DNA of 54,039 nucleotides from a virus (Duplodnaviria; Heunggongvirae; Uroviricota; Caudoviricetes): IMG/VR virus record IMGVR_UViG_2541047747_000003; one strand, 5' to 3'. Shown piece by piece: positions 45,295 to 54,039 of this stretch (position 1 is its first letter; each line of letters starts with the position of its first letter). The notes under the pieces were generated by a model. It saw only the letters and a program-made list of their open reading frames with translations, ran no database searches and was not told where the DNA came from. The position numbers and the translations under genes were made by a program.

Positions 45295-46026
45295 ATGGCA
45301 CTTGAAGATAAAATGATTCGCTATGCAGCAGCCCACCCGCGCGAGGAAGTGTGCGGGCTGGTGATAGATAACGATTATTTTTACCCGTGCGCTAACGTGT
45401 CTGAAACGCCGCACAACAGCTTTAAAATCTCGCCTGACGATTATATCAAAGCTGACGAATTGGGCGTTATAACAGCCGTTTTCCACTCTCACGTTGAAGA
45501 TATTCCGGTATTGTCGGCACGGGATCGACAACAGCAGGTTATTTCCGGCCTGCCGTGGTTTTTATGTTCCGGTGGCATGGTGAGGAAATTCCGCCCGGTG
45601 GCGCACCTGTTAGGCCGTAAATTTGAACACGGGAAAACAGATTGCTACTCGCTTTTTCGTGACGCCTATCACCTTTGCGGCGTGGATCTGCCTGACTTTG
45701 AACGCCACGATGGGTGGTGGCTGCGTGGGGAAAACCTGTACATAAAAAACCTGCCATTGAACGGGTTTTTCATGGTTGATGCGCAAAGCATTCAGCCTGG
45801 TGACGTGATTATTCGCCAGCCGTTCAAGGGTGCTGACCCATGTCACGCGATGATTTACCTGGGCGATAACACTGTTTTGCATCATGACAATGCCGGACTG
45901 CTAAGCCGCCGCGAGCAAATGCGGCCCGCGTATGTTCGACAAACGCATTCAATATGGAGATCTGACAAATGCTCAAATTTAGATTTACGGGCAATCTTCG
46001 AAGATATTACGGCAAAGTGTGTTTAA
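45295..46026 (+). CDS. Tail assembly protein K (JAB/MPN plus NlpC/P60-like)
   Basis: N-terminal JAMM-like motif (E..C....HSH.....S.D) and C-terminal Cys-His peptidase-like residues (C and H). Confidence 0.75.
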   Translation: MALEDKMIRYAAAHPREEVCGLVIDNDYFYPCANVSETPHNSFKISPDDYIKADELGVITAVFHSHVEDIPVLSARDRQQQVISGLPWFLCSGGMVRKFRPVAHLLGRKFEHGKTDCYSLFRDAYHLCGVDLPDFERHDGWWLRGENLYIKNLPLNGFFMVDAQSIQPGDVIIRQPFKGADPCHAMIYLGDNTVLHHDNAGLLSRREQMRPAYVRQTHSIWRSDKCSNLDLRAIFEDITAKCV

Positions 46027-46499
46027 ACGTTGATACGCCAGCACAAGGACTTAGCCTATTGACCGCGCAGAATCAGGAGTTCAAGAAGGCTTTTTTAAAT
46101 ACACCTTTGCGGTTACGGATTGCCGGGAAAGATTATAACGAAAAGACGGCCCCGGCAGCGGTTAATAGTAAATACCCTGACGGAACTACCGTCATTATTG
46201 CGCCAGTAGTTGAAGGCGGTATTGCTGGGATTGGTGTTGTAGGCTGGATCCTGATTGGTGTTTCGGTGGTTAGCGTTGCGTTCTCAATCTTTATGTCCCG
46301 CAACATGAAGATAAAAACATCGGCAGAAAGCGCACAAGATAACACCATAACGAACAACACCTACACCAGCATTGAAAACAAGGTGGGCCAGGGTAGACCA
46401 GTGCCAATACTATTAGGTGAAATGAAAATAGGTTCAAACGTCGGATCGTTAGGCATAGACACAAGCAACAATAGAGACGCCTTAGACGTTGTAAGTTAA
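45969..46499 (+). CDS. Tail assembly protein I
   Basis: 176 aa overlapping the 3' end of K as in lambda; ubiquitin-like N-terminus and a hydrophobic segment. Confidence 0.7.
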   Translation: MLKFRFTGNLRRYYGKVCLNVDTPAQGLSLLTAQNQEFKKAFLNTPLRLRIAGKDYNEKTAPAAVNSKYPDGTTVIIAPVVEGGIAGIGVVGWILIGVSVVSVAFSIFMSRNMKIKTSAESAQDNTITNNTYTSIENKVGQGRPVPILLGEMKIGSNVGSLGIDTSNNRDALDVVS

Positions 46500-46512
46500 C
46501 AGGAGAAAAACC

Positions 46513-49500
46513 ATGAGTAGCGGCGGCGGCAAAGCCAAAACACCAACATTATTGAACGATAACCTGTATCACAAACAGTTTTATCGTGTTTTAGATATTC
46601 TCAGCGAAGGGCCGATATACGGTCCGGTAAACCAGAAAGCGCCATTGAATGACGTGATGCTTAATGACACTCCTGTTACTGACGCAAACGGGAATACATC
46701 AATTCCGGGGATTAGTATAGCCTGGCGCAACGGCACGGCTGACCAATCGCCGATTAATGGTTTTAACGCCATTGAGTCAACCGTTATTGTCAACGCAAAG
46801 GTAACTCACGACACACCAATAATCAGGACTGTTTCAGATCCAAACGTTACCCGCGTCAGGTTGAATCTTGGTGTTGATGCTCTCGTTCAGTCAGATGAAA
46901 AGGGCAATCAATATAATACATCCGTCATGTTGATGGTTGATGTTAAACCGTCATCATCTTCTACGTGGTCGCTGATTAAAGACATACACATTGGCCCTGG
47001 TAAACAAAGCGGTGAATACCTGGAAGCTCACATCATTAAAGCGCCGGATGAAAAACCGTTTGATATTCGCGTTCGTCGCATAACACCAGACAGCAACGGC
47101 GATCTATTGCGGAATGATACGCGGTGGAGTAGTTACAGCGAAATAATAGATGATAATCTGTCTTATCCTCATACCGCTGTAGCTGGCGCCGTAATTGACC
47201 ATGATCAGTATACTGATACGCCTACCCGCACCTATCACCTTCGCGGCCTGATTGTTGATGTGCCTGACAACTACAACCCTGAAACGCGCACATATTCAGG
47301 TTTATGGCTTGGTGGATTTAAAAAGGCGTATACCAATAACCCTGCATGGCTTTTCCGGTATCTGGTTAAAAACGAGCGCTTTGGACTTGCTCGACATGCT
47401 GGTTACATTGATGTTGATGATGGCGCTTTGTACGTGCTTTCTCAATACTGCGATCAGTTGGTTGATGATGGCTATGGTGGCCTTGAACCTCGCATGACGC
47501 TTAACGCTTACATTACGGAGCAAATGAGCGCCCGCGACCTACTGGATAACATCGCAGGTATGTTCCGTGGTATCGCGTTATGGGACGGACAACGCCTTAC
47601 CGTGATGATTGATGCGCCACAAGATCCAATCGCCACCATCACAAATGCAAACGTCGTTGATGGCGCGTTTACTCGTTCAAGTATCGCACGCGCAGAATGC
47701 TACAACGCCGTGATCGTATCCTGGACTGACCCTGAAAACGGCTGGGAGCAATCAAAAGAATATGTCGCAGATGATAAACTAATCGCCCGTGATGGTTATA
47801 ACGAAACCACGTTGGAGGCGTTCGGTTGCACTTCACGCGGGCAAGCGCACCGCGCTGGTAAATGGCTGATCGAAACAGCGAAACGCGAGCCGTCAAAATT
47901 CACATTTAAAATGGCCCGTGACGCCATTCACTTTACGCCGGGGGATATAATCGAGATCCTCGATAATAATCGCGCAGGCGCTCGTTTAGGCGGTCGCATC
48001 GTGGCGAACAATGGCAGAGCGATCACTGTCGACAAGGTTGATTCTGAATATATCGCGGCTGGCGACACCATCAGCTTACTTGATAGCGATGGTAAATTTA
48101 AAAAACACCAGATCATCGGAGTTAACGGGAACATTATCACCCTTGCAGCCGCCCCGGCGTGGATTCGTAACGGCACTGTTTTTGCTGTATCAACCAACGC
48201 AGCAAAACCCGTTTTATGTCGAATCACCAGTGTAGCAGAAACAGAAAATAACAGCGTATACACCATCGAGGCCGCACAGCATGATCCACATAAGCAGGCC
48301 GTAGTCGATAATGGCACAATCTTCGAGATCAATAACGACACGCTTAATCACTTCCGCGTGCCGAACATTGAAAATCTGAAGGTGTTAAACGTTGGATCTG
48401 AAACGGTTCAATGTCGCGCAACATGGGAAACACAGACGACAACGCGTCGCCTGACCTTTGAGATTCGCGTGTATAACGCCGAAGGCGCTGTAGTTAAAAG
48501 CTACGAAACCACGAATTACAGTTATGATTTTTATGGCATTGATGCTGGCAACTACTCATTAGGCATTCGTGGCAGAAATGACACGGGCATGAAGGGTGCG
48601 GAAAGCATTGTCGATCTGGTTATTGGCGCACCAGCGGCCCCAGTTGGCGTTAATTGGGTTCCCGGTGTATTCCAGGCTACAGTTTACCCGATCAGCAGAA
48701 CAACGCTCACCACTGATACCAGTTACGAGTTTTATTACTCAGGTGAAACGCAGATCACTGATCCGGCATCAATAACCACTAAAGCACAATATACCGGGCG
48801 TGGTCATCAGTGGACGTTTGGCGGCATGAATACAGGTCACACATATTACGTTTATGTGCGCGCGCGTAACGCTTTTGGTGTGTCTGACTTTGTGGAAGCG
48901 TCAGGTAAGCCAACAGAAAACTTTGATGAAATTACCGATTACGTCACCAAAGACGTAATGAATTCCAAACAATTTAAAGAAATGGTTGGTGACATTAAAG
49001 ATCTAGGCGACCGCACTGATCTTATCGAAAGCGCTACGAATGACCTTAAAACTGCTACTGACAACCTCAAAACTGCAACTGATAATCTGACCAACATAAC
49101 TGACGATTTAAGGACTGAAACTGACAACCTAACCATAGAAACAGGATCAATAAAAGCTGATACTGATACGCTCAAAAAAGAAACGGAAGATCTTTATAAA
49201 AAAGTTAAGGAAAACGCCGATGATATTGGACAGCATGAGTCGAGAATCGACTCGCTGGAGGTGTCTAGCGAAAAAGTTGGCAGCGAACTGGCGCAAGCAA
49301 AAGCAAGTCTGCAAAACGCCTCACTTGCTCTTATTAATAACTCGCTTGCACAGACTAACACTCGCGTAACTCTTACCGCTCAGTACAAGAAAGGCAGGAC
49401 AGAGACGAAAGCGGAAATTGACCGCATTGACAACGTTATCGCTGAAGAGAAAAAAGCGACAGCGGAATCACTGGAAACCATCACGGCAGAAATGAATGTG

Positions 49501-51483
49501 ATGGACACAAACCTTAAAGGTCAGATCTCTAATGTGCAACGCGCAGTAGCTGACGAGGCCAGCGCCCGCGCTGAAGCTATTAACGGTGTAAATGCCTCAA
49601 TAAGCAATCTTGACAAGAAAACTGACGCCAGCGTAAACCGTCTTGATCAGGCAATTGCAGACGAAACAAGTGCGCGTACTCAGGCTATCAGCGACGTGAA
49701 CGCAAGTATCTCAACACTTGACAAGAAAACTGACGCCAGCGTTAAGCGCCTCGATAATGCAATATCAGATGAAACGCAGGCAAGAAGCGACGCAATAACA
49801 GTGGTTAAAGCTGATTTAACAACGCTTGAAAATAACACAAATGCCAGTGTTAGCCGCCTTGATCAAGCTATCGCTGATGAATCAAGCGCACGTGCTCAGG
49901 CGATATCAGGTATCAGCGCGACGCTTGGCGGCGTTAAAAGTGAGGTTGATAAAAACAGCGACGAGATAGATCAGGCGAAAGCAAGTCTGCAAAACGCATC
50001 TCTGGCGCTTATTAATAACTCAATGGCGCAAAGCAAGATGAGCACTGTTATTGAGGCGAAATACAGGAAAGGACAAACAAAAACAAAAGCGGAAATAGCA
50101 AGGGTAGACACAGCAATCGCAGATGAGGCGAGCGCACGCGCAGAAGCTATTAGCAACGTTAACGCCAGCGTCAGTAGTCTTGAAAGCAAAACCGACGCGA
50201 GCGTTTCCCGTCTTGATAAAGCAATCGCAGATGAGGCGAGCGCACGCGCAGAAGCTATTAGCGGGGTTAATGCGTCAATTTCCACGCTCGATAGCAAGGT
50301 GACAAGCAACGTAACCAGGATGGATAAAGCGATCGCAGATGAGAAGAATGCACGCACTGACGCAATCAGCAGCCTTAACTCATCGCTTACCAGTACGATT
50401 AATTCGAAAGTATCCGAAGTGTCAACTGCACTTTCTACGCATGAAACATCAAGCGCGGAAAAATTTGGCCAGATCTCGGCATCTTTCGACGATGTAAACT
50501 CAAGCATCACGGAATGGTCACAGGCTATGGCAACGGCAGACGAGGCATTGTCAACCAGAATCGACCAGTTGAAAGTAACTATTAACGGAAACACAACGGC
50601 GATAGAAACGACATCAAAAGCACTGACTGACTTCAAAGGTAACGTTGATGCGTCATATTCAATTAAGATTGCCACTGATAAAAACGGTATGAAATACGCT
50701 ACAGGAATGTCGCTCGGCCTTACTGGTAGCGGGACTAACGTTCAATCGCAGTGTATTTTCCTCGTTGACCGTTTCGTGCTTATGACTGCGGCAGGTGGAT
50801 CCTATCAGACCCCGTTCTATGTTACTAACGGTGCTTGCTACATCCGTGATGCGTGGATCAGAGACGCATCAATCACTACCGCGAAGATTGCGCAGCAAAT
50901 TCAGTCAACCAACTATAAAGCTGGTTCGGCTGGCTGGATGCTAAATAAAAACGGCAATGCGGAGTTCAACAACGTCACTGTACGCGGTACGGTGTACGCA
51001 ACATCTGGTAAATTCACTGGTGAGATTCAGGCCACAAGCGGGAAGTTTAAAGGTACAGTAGAGGCAAAGTCATTTGTCGGTGACGTTGCTAACATGGGGG
51101 TTGGTCCAGATCGAGTGCTTGGGCATAACGGAAGTTATAGCGCAACCATCACATATAAAGACAGCACGGATAATGCATTGACGAAATCAGTTATGCTTAT
51201 GGCGACTATTTCATTAATGTCTGGTGAATATAGATCCACTTATAACGTAACGTTTAGTTGCGGAGATAAAAACAAAACAATTTCATATTACGTGCCTTAT
51301 GGTGGATGCACATTAACAGTGCAATGCGCTTTTTCTGGTTTAAAAGCATCAGATATTATCGGGAAAATATATTGTCCTCAAACATCATCATCTGAAGGAT
51401 ACGCATATTGTACCGCGTTGTATTCTCCAACAATGATAGTAGCAAGAGGCACCGGATCATTTAGAACATCAACGACAGCATAA
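46513..51483 (+). CDS. Host specificity / central tail fibre protein (lambda J-like) with C-terminal repeat extension
   Basis: 1656-aa ORF after M-L-K-I; conserved J-like N-terminal two-thirds, then about 35-aa Ala/Ser-rich helical repeats (about 49.3-50.4 kb) and a distinct C-terminal domain. Confidence 0.9.
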   Translation: MSSGGGKAKTPTLLNDNLYHKQFYRVLDILSEGPIYGPVNQKAPLNDVMLNDTPVTDANGNTSIPGISIAWRNGTADQSPINGFNAIESTVIVNAKVTHDTPIIRTVSDPNVTRVRLNLGVDALVQSDEKGNQYNTSVMLMVDVKPSSSSTWSLIKDIHIGPGKQSGEYLEAHIIKAPDEKPFDIRVRRITPDSNGDLLRNDTRWSSYSEIIDDNLSYPHTAVAGAVIDHDQYTDTPTRTYHLRGLIVDVPDNYNPETRTYSGLWLGGFKKAYTNNPAWLFRYLVKNERFGLARHAGYIDVDDGALYVLSQYCDQLVDDGYGGLEPRMTLNAYITEQMSARDLLDNIAGMFRGIALWDGQRLTVMIDAPQDPIATITNANVVDGAFTRSSIARAECYNAVIVSWTDPENGWEQSKEYVADDKLIARDGYNETTLEAFGCTSRGQAHRAGKWLIETAKREPSKFTFKMARDAIHFTPGDIIEILDNNRAGARLGGRIVANNGRAITVDKVDSEYIAAGDTISLLDSDGKFKKHQIIGVNGNIITLAAAPAWIRNGTVFAVSTNAAKPVLCRITSVAETENNSVYTIEAAQHDPHKQAVVDNGTIFEINNDTLNHFRVPNIENLKVLNVGSETVQCRATWETQTTTRRLTFEIRVYNAEGAVVKSYETTNYSYDFYGIDAGNYSLGIRGRNDTGMKGAESIVDLVIGAPAAPVGVNWVPGVFQATVYPISRTTLTTDTSYEFYYSGETQITDPASITTKAQYTGRGHQWTFGGMNTGHTYYVYVRARNAFGVSDFVEASGKPTENFDEITDYVTKDVMNSKQFKEMVGDIKDLGDRTDLIESATNDLKTATDNLKTATDNLTNITDDLRTETDNLTIETGSIKADTDTLKKETEDLYKKVKENADDIGQHESRIDSLEVSSEKVGSELAQAKASLQNASLALINNSLAQTNTRVTLTAQYKKGRTETKAEIDRIDNVIAEEKKATAESLETITAEMNVMDTNLKGQISNVQRAVADEASARAEAINGVNASISNLDKKTDASVNRLDQAIADETSARTQAISDVNASISTLDKKTDASVKRLDNAISDETQARSDAITVVKADLTTLENNTNASVSRLDQAIADESSARAQAISGISATLGGVKSEVDKNSDEIDQAKASLQNASLALINNSMAQSKMSTVIEAKYRKGQTKTKAEIARVDTAIADEASARAEAISNVNASVSSLESKTDASVSRLDKAIADEASARAEAISGVNASISTLDSKVTSNVTRMDKAIADEKNARTDAISSLNSSLTSTINSKVSEVSTALSTHETSSAEKFGQISASFDDVNSSITEWSQAMATADEALSTRIDQLKVTINGNTTAIETTSKALTDFKGNVDASYSIKIATDKNGMKYATGMSLGLTGSGTNVQSQCIFLVDRFVLMTAAGGSYQTPFYVTNGACYIRDAWIRDASITTAKIAQQIQSTNYKAGSAGWMLNKNGNAEFNNVTVRGTVYATSGKFTGEIQATSGKFKGTVEAKSFVGDVANMGVGPDRVLGHNGSYSATITYKDSTDNALTKSVMLMATISLMSGEYRSTYNVTFSCGDKNKTISYYVPYGGCTLTVQCAFSGLKASDIIGKIYCPQTSSSEGYAYCTALYSPTMIVARGTGSFRTSTTA
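49290..50400 (+). repeat. Internal coding repeats in the J-like gene
   Basis: Repeated units such as DASV.RLD.AIADE.SARA.AIS.VNASIS.LD.K, and a duplicated larger block beginning QAKASLQNASLALINNS. Confidence 0.7.
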
Positions 51484-51512
51484 AAAAACGGGGCATAAGC
51501 CCCGTTTTTTTA
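51483..51512. terminator. Bidirectional Rho-independent terminator
   Basis: AAAAAAA-CGGGGC-ATAA-GCCCCG-TTTTTTT, between convergent genes. Confidence 0.75.
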
Positions 51513-51522
51513 TGCATTGTTT

Positions 51523-51768
51523 TTATTTTTTACACCCATCATTTACACCAGAAAAATGGATAGGTAAATTACATTCACTGTCAATAATTTTACCTTGTAG
51601 TTGTTTTTCTTTCCATGAGTCAGTATTGAAATAACTCGAACGTTGGTTATCAAGGCCAGTATCACCATATTGAGCAGTGCCAGCATCACTCTTATCTGTC
51701 GAATTTACAGAAGCAAAAGCACCAAAAGACAGAGCTGATAAGATGCAAGCAACAATTAGTTTTTTCAT
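51523..51768 (-). CDS. Small secreted protein (accessory gene)
   Basis: Start chosen at MKKLIVACILSALSFGAFA (signal peptide with AFA-S cleavage site); RBS AAGGTGA; convergent with J. Confidence 0.5.
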   Translation of the reverse strand: MKKLIVACILSALSFGAFASVNSTDKSDAGTAQYGDTGLDNQRSSYFNTDSWKEKQLQGKIIDSECNLPIHFSGVNDGCKK

Positions 51769-51965
51769 TGTATTCACCTTACTGTTTGTTTTACTGTCAT
51801 TTGTTGTTCGTGATGATCCACCCATCCGATGAGCAAATCACCGCAGAAGCTATCATTTCGTATGTTGATATAGATCAAAAAATACATTATGTATAAGTCC
51901 AAAGTGTAACACAGATTACAAAATGGTAGAATTGTTTAGTTAATTAACAAAACGGAGTTATTGCG

Positions 51966-53762
51966 ATGATTTACACAACAGGCACTATAGCTGTTAGCGG
52001 AAACACAGTTACCGGGGCAGGGACTGAATTCAACGCCGCATTATCTCTGATCAGAGTGGGTTGCACTCTTATTGCCATTAGCGATCCGGTGCAGATTTTT
52101 TCAATCACAAAGGTAAAAAGCGCAACAAGTTTGTCGGTAACTCCTGCGGCAAGTCCGGCTATTCCGGCTGGAACTAAATTTAGCATCCTGCTTTCAGATT
52201 CGATCTCTGTGGATGGTCTTGCTCAGGATGTCGCCGAAACACTGCGTTACTATCAGGGCAAAGAATCAGAAATAGCGGACGCAGTTGAATTTTTTAGCGA
52301 CAACAAAGATGTGATTTCAGCCTCAAAATTAGCATCACAATCAGCTACCACTGCAACCAACGCTGCAACAACAGCGACAAGCGCAGCCGATTCAGCTAAG
52401 ACATACAGAGACGAAGCCCACGAATACGCCAATCAGACGGCGCAGCCTTACGCGTATGTTTTACAGCCGCTGCCGGATGTGTGGATACCCTTTAATGATT
52501 CGCTGGATATGATTACGGGCTATTCTCCGGGTTATAAAAAAGTGAAGATTGGCGATAATGTAGTTCAGGTTGCCAGTGATAAACAGATTAATTTCAGTCG
52601 CGCATCAACGGCAACATATATCAACAAATCTGGCGAACTGAAAACGGCGGAAATTAATGAGCCGCGATTTGAGTGTGATGGCCTGCTTATTGAGGGACAA
52701 AGAACGAACTTCTTCCAGAACAGTACAGACCCTTCGAAGTGGAATAAGTCAACTTCACTGGACGTTACAGAAACAGGCGCAGATAGTTTCGGGTTTAATT
52801 ATGGCCGGTTTGTCGTACAGGATTCGATTGTTGGTACAAGTAAAGCGCATACCATTATCGGACTGTATTCGAGTGCCGGAGGGGTTGATACTTCAGGGGA
52901 CGAAAAGCATGTAACTATATCCTGTCGGGTAAAAAGTGAAGTTGATAATATCGCCGTTCGTATTTTATTTGAACATTATGATGGGGAGGTAAGGACATCA
53001 ATAGGAGCAGCAAACCTGAACCTTACCACCCGCATAATTAGCAAGACAGGTCAGACAAGCCGTGTTACAGCAAGGTCTGTTAAGGATGATGCAACTGGCT
53101 GGATATTTTTTGAGGCTACATTAAAAGCAGATACAACAGAAAATACGGTTGGTGGTTTTGTCCAGTATTCTCCGGATACAGGGCGGATGGTTACATCAGG
53201 GGATTATCTCGATGTAACCACTCCACAGATTGAGGCTGGTACAGGCGCATCATCTTTTATTGTTACGGGGACGGCACCGGCAACGCGGGCAAGCGATATG
53301 GTGACAGTCCCAATCAAGAATAACCTTTATAATCTTCCTTTTACGGTTCTTTGTGAGGTACATAAGAACTGGTATAAAACGCCAAATGCAGCACCGCGTG
53401 TTTTTAATATCAGCGGTCATCAAACCGGAGCGGGGATCGAAATGGGGTTTGGTTCATCAGGTGGGTACGACGGTTTTCCGTATTGCAATATAAGTGGTTC
53501 AGACCGACGAATAAATGAAAATGCCGGGCTGGAAAAAATGGTTATGGGGATGCGTGTAAAAGCAGATCAATTGACATGTGCAATAAGTAACGGACGTATA
53601 TCCAGCGAAATAAAAACAACCTGGACTTATATTCAAAGCTCCGCAACTATTCGTATCGGTGGTCAGACAACGACAGGACAACGTCATTTATTTGGTCATA
53701 TCAGAAATTTTCGAGTATGGCATAAGGCATTAACTGATGCGCAATTAAGCGAAATTGTTTAA
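51966..53762 (+). CDS. Side tail fibre protein
   Basis: 598 aa; N-terminal region typical of tail-fibre anchors, Thr/Ala-rich collar (ATTATNAATTATSAADSA), divergent C-terminal domain; RBS AACGGAG. Confidence 0.7.
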   Translation: MIYTTGTIAVSGNTVTGAGTEFNAALSLIRVGCTLIAISDPVQIFSITKVKSATSLSVTPAASPAIPAGTKFSILLSDSISVDGLAQDVAETLRYYQGKESEIADAVEFFSDNKDVISASKLASQSATTATNAATTATSAADSAKTYRDEAHEYANQTAQPYAYVLQPLPDVWIPFNDSLDMITGYSPGYKKVKIGDNVVQVASDKQINFSRASTATYINKSGELKTAEINEPRFECDGLLIEGQRTNFFQNSTDPSKWNKSTSLDVTETGADSFGFNYGRFVVQDSIVGTSKAHTIIGLYSSAGGVDTSGDEKHVTISCRVKSEVDNIAVRILFEHYDGEVRTSIGAANLNLTTRIISKTGQTSRVTARSVKDDATGWIFFEATLKADTTENTVGGFVQYSPDTGRMVTSGDYLDVTTPQIEAGTGASSFIVTGTAPATRASDMVTVPIKNNLYNLPFTVLCEVHKNWYKTPNAAPRVFNISGHQTGAGIEMGFGSSGGYDGFPYCNISGSDRRINENAGLEKMVMGMRVKADQLTCAISNGRISSEIKTTWTYIQSSATIRIGGQTTTGQRHLFGHIRNFRVWHKALTDAQLSEIV

Positions 53763-54039
53763 GGTGGTTAACATGAAAGACGTTAGCTTGCAATTTACTG
53801 ACAAACAGCAATACAACGACATTGTGATTAATAGCGGCTTGCTGGATGCCAATTGGTCAACCGTGTTTATTGATGATATCGGTTTTGTCCTTGTATTCGA
53901 CGATCCAGAAAGCGAGACACCTGTACTTATTGGGAAAAAAGGTTATTACGTCAACGTGCGTATAACTGGTGACGATGTTGATATTTCTCAGCTTGAGCCT
54001 TTCATTGTTCCAGATCCAGGCGTCCGCGCATGGGCTTAA
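53755..54039 (+). CDS. Putative tail fibre assembly protein
   Basis: 94-aa ORF overlapping the fibre gene stop; positional call; its stop codon is the last three bases of the window. Confidence 0.4.
   Translation: MFKVVNMKDVSLQFTDKQQYNDIVINSGLLDANWSTVFIDDIGFVLVFDDPESETPVLIGKKGYYVNVRITGDDVDISQLEPFIVPDPGVRAWA

Noticed and set aside
49000-50400. Possible CRISPR-like repeat array
   Set aside because: The repeats are in-frame coding repeats of a structural protein, imperfect and without spacer-repeat regularity or cas genes.
49971-50675. 234-aa minus-strand ORF inside the J-like gene
   Set aside because: Antisense shadow ORF produced by the Ala/Ser-rich repetitive coding sequence; no RBS and wholly contained in a confidently called gene.

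Overview
The window is an almost complete lambdoid siphovirus prophage of an enterobacterial host, read from sequence and motifs only (no database search was run). Layout: a P4-type tyrosine integrase at the left edge (+); a leftward (minus-strand) early operon with a Cro-like HTH gene, a replication initiator, an HTH-metallophosphoesterase, a DnaB-like helicase, NinB and an AlpA/Xis-family gene; a CI/LexA-type repressor (+); a strong sigma70 promoter followed by a boxA/boxB nut-like site and an arginine-rich N-like protein; then a long rightward operon with Erf and SSB, about 45 small ORFs, a Dam-type N6-adenine methyltransferase, a C5-methyltransferase-like protein, NinG, RusA and a cysteine-rich Q-like protein. 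This is followed by a lysis cassette (holin, SAR-type endolysin, Rz/Rz1), the packaging and head genes (TerS, TerL, portal, Mu F-like, scaffold, capsid) and a lambda-like tail module (tube, chaperone, tape measure, M, L, K, I, J, side tail fibre, assembly protein). The most interesting candidates for undescribed biology are accessory insertions: a low-GC gene with a Vsr/DUF559-like nuclease motif inside the replication operon, a tandem array of seven hydrophobic micropeptide ORFs between lysis and terminase, minus-strand cassettes within the tail module (two lipoproteins, a toxin-antitoxin-like pair, a three-gene cassette), and a 12-13 bp motif (GTTTACAAAATGG) found in at least 15 copies, all but one intergenic, often as inverted pairs. 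No tRNA, rRNA, CRISPR array or att site was recognised; the prophage boundaries lie outside the window.
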